This document shows positions 51,977 to 62,218 of a stretch of DNA of 64,000 nucleotides, in pieces (the first letter of the stretch is position 1; each line of letters opens with the position of its first letter). Source of the DNA: Laetmonice hystrix (lineage: Eukaryota); NCBI GenBank assembly GCA_965235115.1, contig OZ249438.1:33356001-33420000 (forward strand), written 5' to 3'. Below the pieces are notes generated by a model, which was not told the origin of the DNA, made no database searches, and worked only from the letters and a program-made list of their open reading frames with translations. The position numbers and the translations under genes were made by a program.

Positions 51977-52167
51977 GCAGTAAGCGGGAAACGTCCGAGT
52001 CTGGGGACCAGTCGCAGTTGATGTCGATGGCCGAGCAGGGAGACCATAAGGAGGTAGAGAGTGAACCCGAACCCAGCGGCCCGGAGGAGGATGCCTCCGA
52101 GACCGAACCAATAATTCCTGACCACTCCGCTCAAGCTAGCAGCACTAAGTCTGACACTGACACTCGG
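51977..52167 (+). CDS. Syt14: Syt14/16-like acidic linker exon
   Basis: ttaccag|GC acceptor (phase 1, matching the previous donor) and CGG|gtatgc donor (phase 0). (G)SKRETSESGDQSQLMSMAEQGDHKEVESEPE...DTDTR. Confidence 0.8.
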
Positions 52168-53132
52168 GTATGCTTTCCCCTGCCACCGACGCTTATTCCT
52201 TGAGCATGTATATATTTACCGCTGGCCATACTGACCTGGAATTGTGACTTCTATATTGTCATTGTTACAATGTGTACAAGAATGAAAGACAGTTTGTTAA
52301 ATGAAACTTGTGTGATGCTCAGACATACTCCTTTAATGGAATCATAGATTTAAATCTATGATTGAAACATACTACCTGTTTGATTTGTGTCCTGATTTTA
52401 TTCCCAAGCAGGAGTTAACGGTGTGTCGCAAAATCGTTCGTGGTTGTCCTACCTTTCGCTATTTATATTCATTTAATGCTTTAAACCGTACAAGTGTATA
52501 ACATTTTATTGCTATATTCCTTATTGCATGTTTATATAACACTAAATACTGACCGCACGATCGCATACTGATAGTGAAATACTGTGAACTGATAGAATGG
52601 TGGGAATTTAGTTCCAAAGTCTTTATCCAGATGGCTCCACTAGGTTTATCAGTTAGCTATTCTTTTTTCCAACCAAGGATTCTATAAAAATGAGTTATCT
52701 CACTCATCAAGAGATTCGTAATTTTCACAGTTTTCTTTCTCATATCTCATGAGATAATTATTGACTAAGTAAACTCTGCCATGCAGTCTAGTTCCCGCAC
52801 TTCAAATAGTATGCATTTTGACATGACTGCCAACTGTATTAGTGCTACAGACTTTGCTTTGCACAAATATCTATAAATCTTGGTTTGTTTTGTAGCGAAC
52901 GTACAGCTAAGTCTAACCATTGTTTTGTAAATTATCTTGAGTAACATACATTTTGGATATGTTTACGATATATGAGGTCAGACAATTTCACCTTGAGCTT
53001 ATGGCAACGAATTGAATATTGAAAATTGGGTATAAAAACAATCCTTCCTGTCGTTCGCCAGATAGGTCTGGAATTATTTAATTGTTGGAATGAAATTTGG
53101 TATGGCATGAGCTGATTGAACTATTTTTTCAG

Positions 53133-53282
53133 GTGGAAGTTGAAGAGGAGGCAGGTGCTGTGGCTGGTGCGCACGAATACAAAAATAATGCGTTTACAAC
53201 TGAGGACGCGTCTCCGGACCAACACTCAAGTGAACGGAACGCTGACACGGCGTCCATGTCCATCGGTGACGTCGAACAAGAC
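53133..53282 (+). CDS. Syt14: Syt14/16-like linker exon
   Basis: ctattttttcag|GTG acceptor (phase 0) and GAC|gtgagt donor (phase 0). VEVEEEAGAVAGAHEYKNNAFTTED...DVEQD, frame-consistent with the preceding exon. Confidence 0.8.
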
Positions 53283-53685
53283 GTGAGTTAACTCAGTATT
53301 CAGTCATGTTACTCTTTTTGAAATTAAGGCTATGCAGATGTTGTTGGATCACCATGGCTTTTTAAGGCTACTGCGCCATCCACCTTGGCCCTTCCCGACG
53401 TTTGCCACTGTCCGGGGCCCTCAAGAGGCTAACCATCTGGCCGACAGGGAAGCATACATTTCCACTCTATCCATGTTTCAAATGGGAATGGCGAGTATTA
53501 CCAGACAAACATAGCATACTGTGGTTGTAGTCATTAGTCGCCACCACCGTGGAGTGTAGCACGCGGCAGAGGTACATAAAACACAGCTAATGATAGGAGG
53601 CGTATAATAATGTTGATCATGACAAATTGTGCACTCCCTCCGGCGTTTAAAACCTCACCAGGCAATCGCACGTCTGTCGCAGAAA

Positions 53686-54622
53686 GTCGATGTTTGACAA
53701 GACAGGAGGTGGCACGTCATATGTGGTCACATGTCGATGTTTGACAAGACAGGAGATAGCACGTCATATGTCGTCACAAGTCGATGTTTGACAAGACAGG
53801 AGGTAGCACGTCATGTCGTCACAAGTCAATGTTTGACAAGAGAGGAGGTAGCACGTCATATGTCGTCACATGTCGATGTTTGACAAGACAGGAGGTAGCA
53901 CGTCATATGTCGTCACATGTCGATGTTTGACAAGACAGGAGGTAGCACGTCATATGTCGTCACATGTCGATGTTTGACAAGAGAGGAGGTAGCACGTCAT
54001 ATATGTCGTCACATGTCGATGTTTGACAGGACAGGAGATAGCACGTCATATGTCGTCACAAGTCGATGTTTAACAAGACAGGAGGTAGCACGTCATATGT
54101 CGTCACATGTCGATGTTTGACAAGACAGGAGGTAGCACGTCATATGTCGTCACATGTCGATGTTTGACAAGACAGGAGGTAGCACGTCATATGTCGTCAC
54201 ATGTCGATGTTTGACAAGACAGGAGGTAGCACGTCATGTCGTCACAAGTCGATGTTTGACAAGACAGGAGGTAGCACGTCATATGTCGTCACATGTCGAT
54301 GTTTGACAAGAGAGGAGGTAGCACGTCATATGTCGTCACATGTCGATGTTTGACAAGACAGGAGGTAGCACGTCATATGTCGTCACAAGTCGATGTTTGA
54401 CAAGAGAGGAGGTAGCACGTCATGTCGTCACATGTCGATGTTTGACAAGAGAGGAGGTAGCACGTCATGTCATCACATGTCGATGTTTGACAAGAGAGGA
54501 GGTAGCACGTCATGTCGTCACATGTCGATGTTTGACAAGACAGGAGGTAGCACGTCATTATGTCGTCACATGTCGATGTTTGACAAGAGAGGAGGTAGCA
54601 CGTTATATGTCGTCACAAGTCA
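53686..54622. repeat. 45-47-bp minisatellite, ~20 copies
   Basis: Unit gtcgatgtttgacaagacaggaggtagcacgtca(ta)tgtcgtcacat. Confidence 0.95.
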
Positions 54623-54873
54623 TAGAGATGCTGTGCCACAGGGTCGTGAAACCCTGGCCCATGGGGATATATTAACTGTACCGTCCCTACACAAAATATC
54701 CTCAGTCTACTGGAAAGCGATGTGTAGTATAGAATAATTTATGTGTTCTGAGCAGCAGTGACTGAGTTTCAATGTTGGATAGTTATGTACGGTGATATAC
54801 CATATAGGCCTTTGAAACATGGGATGTCCCTTCCCCAGGTTGTCGTAACATGTTTGACATGGTGACAATCGTC

Positions 54874-55094
54874 ATCAGGATCGAAATGTACAGACATCTC
54901 TTAATTTGATCAGGATCGAAATGTACAGACAGGCCTGAATTTTAGCAGGATCGAGATGTACAGACACGTCTGATTTTCATCAGGATCGAAATGTACAGAC
55001 AGGTCTGAATTTCAGCCGGATCGAAATGTACAGACAGGTCTGAATTTCAGCAGGATCGAAATGTACAGACAGGTCTGAATTTCAGCAGAATCGA
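54874..55094. repeat. 35-bp minisatellite, ~6 copies
   Basis: Unit caggatcgaaatgtacagacaggtctgaatttcag. Confidence 0.9.
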
Positions 55095-56006
55095 TAGCCT
55101 CGATTGGATATTGTGATGGAAGTTAATTCTTTCTAATAAGATCATGCCTTCAACCTGCAAACTGACATTGAATGTCATTCCAAAGAAGGAATGATACTAA
55201 TTTTAAATAAATGTCCTGCACAGTCAAGAAGGGGCTGATGTGCGTTGGCAGGCGCAGGTCATGAGACACCTCTGACTGTGTGGCTGGAGAAAAGTATTTA
55301 TTAGCATGGTCGTCATCCCATAGCTGCTGCTGCTGCTGCTAGTGCTACTTACGGTGGCCGAAAAGTACGTAGCTCCGACAAGGGGTACTGCAGTGAAGTA
55401 GGTCGATCAATCCTCCTTCGCTGCACCACCTGGTGCAGCGAAGTAGGGTCGGTCGCTGTGCTGCGCCGGCAGGGTCTGAAGCGAACCGTAAGGTCTCAGG
55501 TTACTACTTCCTTTGTTTATATTAACATGCAGCCTTGGTCAAATAACGCCTATAGGTCTAAATGTAATAGGTGTTAGCCTATATATAGGCCTAGGTGTGA
55601 TAATAAATTATAAAAACAAGTTACTATTACAGAGAAACCTGTATGTTCCCGGATAGGCAATTTCATTCTGCCAATTTGGACGAGAGTGCCTGTAGTCATA
55701 CGGGGATTTGCAATATGTTGACGTGACTCCTTACACACGTATGGATACCAGGAAGAGGCTAAATCTGGGGTGTGACGTTAGAGCTATGTAGGTCAGGGAA
55801 TACCCTCTTCTGGCTGCCAGCAAAATATGGATTCACCACTATAGCCTAACCGGAACGGACCCTAAAGGAGGTACGATATACCTCATCGCCTGTTAATTTT
55901 GGCCTCTATTCTTGAAAGCGGTATTCTGGAGGGCTCTACACAGTTCTAAAGAGGAATTCTACGGGTCTAAGATGATGTGCATTCACTCCTGGAGACCCGA
56001 GACCTG

Positions 56007-56172
56007 GGCCCGGTTCGCGATACTAAGATATCTTGCTTAAGCTTAAGCTTAAGATTTCTGATTGGCTGATTGTCACACATTTAAGCTGCCTTGCTTAAAC
56101 CGGTGACAACTAGCCAATCAGTTGCATTAAGCTTAAGCTTAAGCAAGATGTCTTAGTATCGCGAACCGGGCC
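56007..56172. mobile_element. Palindromic Harbinger-like MITE, CTG TSD
   Basis: Near-perfect 166-bp palindrome GGCCCGGTTCGCGATACTAAG...CTTAGTATCGCGAACCGGGCC flanked by CTG on both sides. Confidence 0.8.
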
Positions 56173-56195
56173 CTGGTCACTTTCAGCGGCGGGAT

Positions 56196-56625
56196 TGGGG
56201 ACCAGGATTCAGGGCTTGGTCACCTAAATCGACCAATACCCGGGGCCTGGGAACTTATATGTGGGAGTAGGCCTATCTGGGACCAGGATTCAGGGCTTGG
56301 TCACCTATATTGACCAATACCCGAGGTCTGGATACCCATATACTGGATACCAGGCCTCGGGTATTCGTCAATACAGGCTACATTGTAGGTGACCAAGTCT
56401 TGAATCCTGGTCGACTCCCACCTATAAGGTGACCAGGGCCCGGTTAACAAACAAAGTCAAGTCAATCTTAATTGACTTGAAGTCAATTTTACTTGAATGT
56501 GTTTGGTTAAAATGGATTTCAAGTTAATTAAAATTGACTTGACTTTGTGAACCGGGCCCAGGCCTCGGGCATTGGTCAATATAGATGACCACGTCCTGAA
56601 TCCTGGTCCCATATCTAGGCCTACT
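56196..56625. repeat. Imperfect inverted-repeat element hosting the 56437 MITE
   Basis: Two direct copies of gggaccaggattcagggcttggtcacct...gaccaatacccg, followed by two reverse-complement copies. Confidence 0.6.
56437..56558. mobile_element. Harbinger-like MITE, CAG TSD
   Basis: GGCCCGGTT...AACCGGGCC termini flanked by CAG on both sides, with internal AAGTCAAGTCAAT/ATTGACTTGACTT arms. Confidence 0.78.
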
Positions 56626-56665
56626 CGGACCTATACTCTCACCTTAAAAGTAAAGGGTATAATAG

Positions 56666-57611
56666 TGTGGCGACCCTGACTATGGATGTCAGGGTCTGCG
56701 GGCACAGGCTCCGTGTTCGTATGTCTGACTTCTCGTTGTGTTCCTTAAATCTTACCTGATTACCTGATCTTATTGGGGATTGAGACGGTGTGGCTGGAGT
56801 GGGGGATAATGGACTTAAGGTCTTAGATAGCGGAAGGCAAGCAATACACAAAACAGTAATATGATGCTATAGATAATATTGTATTCAGTACATGGTTCCT
56901 AACCCGTTGTGGTTGCCGACTTACCTGACCATGTGTGTGCAGATTATTACAAAAGATAACTTACGGTACTAATAGGTATTTAGCAAAAGCACGGATGGGG
57001 AGGGATGGGAGGTGGAGAGCGCCACTCCTTTGGGAGGCGAGCCAGTTACACCAAACACACACCGCCGAGCAGCAGGGTCAATCCGGCGCAGCAGACAGCA
57101 CTGGGTAAGAGGGCCCGGCAGGGATCTATCAGTCGCCAGTCGTAACCGGGCCAGATATGCCAGAATGCTCCTCTTTGCCGCTGGACTTGGGCGAATCTCT
57201 AGAAGAACCAGTGCTGCCAACTGCGCCTAATGCCGCTCCAACGTCTGCTGCTCGACTGCTGCTCAGGCGGGGGTGGTGTTGGCTGCCGTCCCATTGGAGA
57301 GGGTGGATCACTCTCCCCGAATCTAAGCCGTGCAGCCCGTCTTAAGGAAGGGCTGCAGCCAATGGGAATGGTGACCAATGGGAAATGTCCCCAACCCCGG
57401 CACTTCAAGGGGTGGCCAACAGGAGATCGGATCTCCAGGACTGACGTCTCAGCCCTCCATATGGCCACGCCCACGCACGGACGGTCTGGACGCTGCGGGT
57501 GGGAGGGGGCACTCCCACGGTCACCAAGTCCAAAATACTGACATACAAAGTTTGGAATAAAATACACTAACTTACATTATTACACACACACATAAACCTA
57601 GAATCGCCACA
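56666..57611 (-). repeat. 3' LTR, 946 bp
   Basis: Bounded by the inverted termini TGTGGCGA...TCGCCACA. The first 119 bp on the + strand are identical to 63882-64000. The PPT is adjacent. Confidence 0.93.
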
Positions 57612-57625
57612 TCCCACCCTGCCTT
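57612..57625 (-). promoter_or_regulatory. Polypurine tract (PPT)
   Basis: Minus strand reads AAGGCAGGGTGGGA immediately before the TG of the 3' LTR. Confidence 0.8.
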
Positions 57626-59465
57626 AATAAAACTCGTCCTCGAGTTTGAGGCCTGGTGGCAACCACATAAAACGGGGGTACAAATAAAAGCTAACATCGT
57701 ACAATACGCAACGTTCCTTGACAAGTAAATGACAGTTCCTCGGAATAATGCCTACTTTAATAAAAAGTCTGGCCCAAGTTAACATTACAATAAAGGTGAT
57801 GGCTAATCTAGATCACCTGATCCAGCGTCGGGGCCAAGAGATATCCGTGCCTAACCTTAAACGTTACCAAGTGACTCTGAGAAAAACGAACGATGGGGAC
57901 AGGGGCTTATCTGCCTGTCCCTCTCCAGCGGTGGAGTCACAAATAGAAATCCTACTTTAAAAAGAGGCCCAAATAAAATTTAAGAAAAACGACCAAGGGG
58001 CTAGTCTGCCTTGGTCTCCAGCGCTGGGGCCCTCAAAACAAGTTATACAATACAATCATACAAATTCAAACAAAAGCCTAGTCTTACTTTAACAGAACAT
58101 AGTTCGGCTCAAAAAAATGATAAGAATAGCTACTGGGACAGGATGCTAATCTACCCTGCCCCCTCCAGCGTTGGAGCCGACAATTTACATACTACTTACA
58201 TCTCAGATTACAGGGTCTTGCTCCATTCCACACTCCAAGGTTACGGTCGCGATAGGCCGTCCTGTCTCTCCGTGATTGGTGGGTCAGCGCGGGTCAGACA
58301 TAGGGTGACCCGGCATGCTGCCCTTCCATGCGTCGGTGCTGTCCTCATCCCTCCGTCCCTCCGTCCACTGGTGCTGTGTCCTCATTCGTCCGTCCCTCCG
58401 TCCACCGTCCTCCGGTGGCGTGCTGGCAGCCGCCAGCTGGCGCTGGTGGGTCTGCTCCCGCCTGGTGGTGCTGGGGGTGCCGCCCGGCCCCTTGTTGGGC
58501 GGGGTGGGGACACGCTATCCCGCACGTCAGTGACCAACGCCGTGGCCGTATCTGGCCCGACGATACCAACATAACTTCATCATTAACCCTTGACTATCTG
58601 CCCAACACTCAACCATTCAAAGAAACCTAGAACCATGTCTCAATAAGCCATAAACTTATAATGACTCTGCTTTTAAACACGCCCGTCACTCGTTTTCAAA
58701 CCAACACCTCAACGTCTCACTTGTTCTTAACCATATGCCTTGGAACAGGGGAATATAATCTTTCTGTTCTCAGACAACACGATGCCACTGTTTCTCTTCA
58801 ACTTCTCTTCAACAAAAAAAATGTTCTTGTCCTCCTACGTGTGCGTCCAGTCCTCAAAGGTCCCAACCTCAACGGATGCCTTCCCTATCAGTATTACTCG
58901 ACAAAAAAAATACTGCACACCTGTTGTGCAACAAAACAACTGCAGCCACAGCTCATTGCTGCTTCCTTTAGCTGCCCCAGTAACTGATAGAGGATAACCC
59001 TTGTCCTGGTCAATTCGTCCCAATATCCGATAAAAGATGATGCCGTAAGTCTAGCCATAACTCGCCGCTGCTGCCGCTACGTTGACTACCACTGGCCTCT
59101 CACCGACGGACTATGTTGACCAAATTAAAAAAAAATGCACCGAACCTATTGCAGACGAGACAACAAAAGTCTATACTTTGGGACTGTGCACGCATCAGGC
59201 AGACCTTTCTGCCTCCTTATACCTTCATCTGCAACACTCGAAAATAACTTTAATCTCCATGGTGTTTATCAAACACTATTCCACTTTAATCGCCATAGTG
59301 TTTATCAAACACTATTCCCTCCCCTTTCTTCATCTCTTTTTTTTCAGCCGTTATGTGGCTAATTCCTCCTCTTTTCGCAAATTTACGTGGGCGGTCTGGT
59401 TTCACTGCCTTCTGCTACTCTTCCTCCTCAGTTGAACTATCGGGTTCCGTCTCAGTGTCTCAGTG

Positions 59466-62207
59466 TCAGTGGTGTGGGGGGTTGTCGCCTGGTGCTGCGG
59501 TCATCCACGTCTGTATCTGGGATATACCCTTGTCTGATGTTTGACTGGCCCTTATCTCATCTCTCGTCAGCCCCTGAACCCAGTTCCCAGGGTCCAGGCA
59601 CTCTGTTCTTTGACCTGGTGGGGTGACGATCGGCGGGGTCAGGCCGTCTGCCCTCGTGACCCGGGTGGGGGTGGGCGGTCGGCTGTCTGCCGTCACGCCT
59701 GGAGTTGGCGTGGGGGGTCGGCTGTCTGCCTCCCTGCCTGCACTGCCACCCTCCCCATGACGGTCGTTCTCATTCTCACCGGCCACGCCTGGACCACAGC
59801 TGTCCAGCCCTGTTTGATGCTGCCGCCTGACCTGGGCTCGGGTCAAGGCCGCCACGGCTTGACCACAGCCAGGAATGTCGGCCTCCTTGACAGTGCACTG
59901 AGGGCAGTCATGGCGCTTGCAGGGTCTCCGGTTCCTCCCGGCTGGCTCCCTGCTGAGAGCATCAGCATTCCCATGTCGCTGCCCTGGTCGGTGCTCTATG
60001 GTGAAGTCATATGTGTCAAGCACAGATAACCATCTGGCCAGCATCCCTTCAGGCTCTTTGAAGTTTCTAAGCCAGCGCAGGGACGCATGGTCAGTACGAA
60101 CTTTAAATTTACGACCCCACAAGAAATGTCTGAAGGCTTTAATGAATTTCACAACTGCCAGCAATTCTCTATACGTCGTACAGTAAGCCCTTTGTGTCTT
60201 ACTGAGAGATTTGCTATCATAGCAAATTACTTTCTCGCCGGATCCCTGATCCTGCGAAAGCACCGCGCCGATCCCAAAACCACTGGCGTCTACGTCCAGG
60301 ATGAAGGGATCAGCCGAGGTGGGATACGCCAATATCGGACTGCTAGTGAGGTGGTCCTTTAGTTGTTGGAATGCTGCCTCGCACCTGTCATCCCAGTTGA
60401 ACGCACGGCCCTTCTCGGTGAGGCCATGAAGCGGGGCTGCAACTGACGCAAAATTGGGGATAAACTTCCTGTAGTAGGACGCCAGACCAAGGAAGCTGCG
60501 CACGTCTGAGACATGTCCAGGGGTGGGCCAGTCTCTGACAGCTGCCACCTTGTCTGGGTCACAACTAACCCCGTCTGCGGACACAACATGCCCCAAATAC
60601 TTGACACTATCCTGAAACAGCGAACATTTGTCAGGCTTGAGCTTTAGATTAGCAGCCCGCAATCGGGACAACACCAGCTTTAGGTTTTCAGCGGTGGCTG
60701 CAAATGAACTTCCAGCGGCAAGGAGATCGTCCAAATATGGCTGACATCTCCTCCAGTGCACTCCTCGCAGCATTAGGTCGACCAAACGCTGAAAAGTGGC
60801 CGGGGCGTTAGCCAGACCAAATGGCATGACATTAAATTCGAATAGGCCTCTGTGTGTTGCAAAAGCCGTTTTCGGTCGGTCACGCTCAGACATAGGACAC
60901 TGCCAATATGCACACGCGGTATCGACCAAACAATAGAATCGAGTGCCTGACAATGTGTCCAATTTCTCAGAAATGTTTGGGAGTGGGTAACTGTCTTTTA
61001 TCGTTTTCTCATTTAACTTTCGGTAGTCTACACAAAAGCGAATGCTCCCATTTTTCTTTTTAACCAGCACTATTGGGGATGACCAGGGACTGCAACTGGG
61101 CCTAATTATCTCATCGGCCAACATCTTATCTATTTCTTCATCAATTACGTCCCTCATTGCAATTGGAGCTCTTCGGGGTGGCTGCTTAATGGGCCTTGCG
61201 TCTCCCGTATCAATACTGTGCTCTACCAGATCGGTCAGCCCAAGCTTGCCATCAGGTCCCACAAACACATCTTCATAATCACACAATATCTGGGCCACCT
61301 GGGCCCTTTCGTCATCTGTCAGAACATCGGGGAGGTTGTCCAGCATCGGCTGCAGGTGGGAGGGGGGTCCCGACGTCGTCCCTCTGAGGGTTTCATCACA
61401 GACGCCGGCCGCTATGTCTGCCTCTCCTGCGTTCCTGGCTGGGGGGTGGGGGGTGTCCACCGACTGACCAGAGTCCAACACCTCGACCGGCACGACGACT
61501 GCCATGCAGCGGCCAGCCTTGAGGGTTATGTCCTCAAAACCTACATTGAGTACTGGGACCGGGAACTCTGCAGCCGTGGTGTCAATCAGGGCTCTGCCCA
61601 CCACCAGCTCACCTAGTCCTCCATTTCTCGGTTCCACCACGCCCATCTGTCTCGGGAACAGAGAGGCTCCCTTCTCTGTGGTGGCCCATACGATAACCTC
61701 TTGTCCAGGCTCAATTACAACGTCTTGACTCACATATACGTGGGCGCATGAACTGAAGTCCCCCGGACGCACAAAGACAGCTGTGCCGTTTAATCTAATT
61801 ATGTCGCGGCGAAGATCAAGCACTCCATTCTGGCTTACCAGAAAATCCAACCCTAGCACACCTTGTAGACCCATTATATTGGCCACAATGACTGGGTGTC
61901 TGTACCGAGTGCCCTCTATACCTAATTCTACTTCAATCTGTCCCAATGTGTCCAGAGGTTCACCATTGACAGCTCTCAGCCTGGAGTTACTATGTCCTAA
62001 AGTTGGACGCACACAGCTGTCAATTTTCTCAAAAACTGACTGGTCTATCAACGTGACAGCTGATCCTGTATCAATTAGCATATCGATGGTGACCCCGCAA
62101 ACTTCTACTCCTATATACCGACACTTTTCCTTCGCCAACCCCGAGATTACTTCCATGTTATCTGACCTACGTTGTTCCCAGACACCAGCTGGCTTGTTGG
62201 TCGCCAA
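59466..62207 (-). CDS. pol: Gypsy pol (aspartic protease, RT, RNase H), ending before the integrase core
   Basis: LIDTGSA protease motif; RT motifs RFCVDYRKLN, MPFGL and YLDD; RNase H motifs DASG, RELLAV, TDH and NADALSR. The frame extends up to the slippery site at 62222-62228 (-1 relative to gag). No HHCC or DDE motifs were seen downstream. Confidence 0.95.
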   Translation of the reverse strand: MATNKPAGVWEQRRSDNMEVISGLAKEKCRYIGVEVCGVTIDMLIDTGSAVTLIDQSVFEKIDSCVRPTLGHSNSRLRAVNGEPLDTLGQIEVELGIEGTRYRHPVIVANIMGLQGVLGLDFLVSQNGVLDLRRDIIRLNGTAVFVRPGDFSSCAHVYVSQDVVIEPGQEVIVWATTEKGASLFPRQMGVVEPRNGGLGELVVGRALIDTTAAEFPVPVLNVGFEDITLKAGRCMAVVVPVEVLDSGQSVDTPHPPARNAGEADIAAGVCDETLRGTTSGPPSHLQPMLDNLPDVLTDDERAQVAQILCDYEDVFVGPDGKLGLTDLVEHSIDTGDARPIKQPPRRAPIAMRDVIDEEIDKMLADEIIRPSCSPWSSPIVLVKKKNGSIRFCVDYRKLNEKTIKDSYPLPNISEKLDTLSGTRFYCLVDTACAYWQCPMSERDRPKTAFATHRGLFEFNVMPFGLANAPATFQRLVDLMLRGVHWRRCQPYLDDLLAAGSSFAATAENLKLVLSRLRAANLKLKPDKCSLFQDSVKYLGHVVSADGVSCDPDKVAAVRDWPTPGHVSDVRSFLGLASYYRKFIPNFASVAAPLHGLTEKGRAFNWDDRCEAAFQQLKDHLTSSPILAYPTSADPFILDVDASGFGIGAVLSQDQGSGEKVICYDSKSLSKTQRAYCTTYRELLAVVKFIKAFRHFLWGRKFKVRTDHASLRWLRNFKEPEGMLARWLSVLDTYDFTIEHRPGQRHGNADALSREPAGRNRRPCKRHDCPQCTVKEADIPGCGQAVAALTRAQVRRQHQTGLDSCGPGVAGENENDRHGEGGSAGREADSRPPTPTPGVTADSRPPTPTRVTRADGLTPPIVTPPGQRTECLDPGNWVQGLTRDEIRASQTSDKGISQIQTWMTAAPGDNPPHH

Positions 62208-62218
62208 ACCAGCCTGTC

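Noticed and set aside
53283-56665. Search for C2-domain exons of the synaptotagmin
   Set aside because: No C2 motifs were found in any frame I read, so they probably lie beyond the window. This limits confidence in the exact paralog name.
58011-58630. 187-aa and 100-aa ORFs in the retroelement 3' region as a possible env or accessory gene
   Set aside because: They are antisense to the element, with no signal peptide, TM helix or fusion motif. The element strand has no long ORF here.
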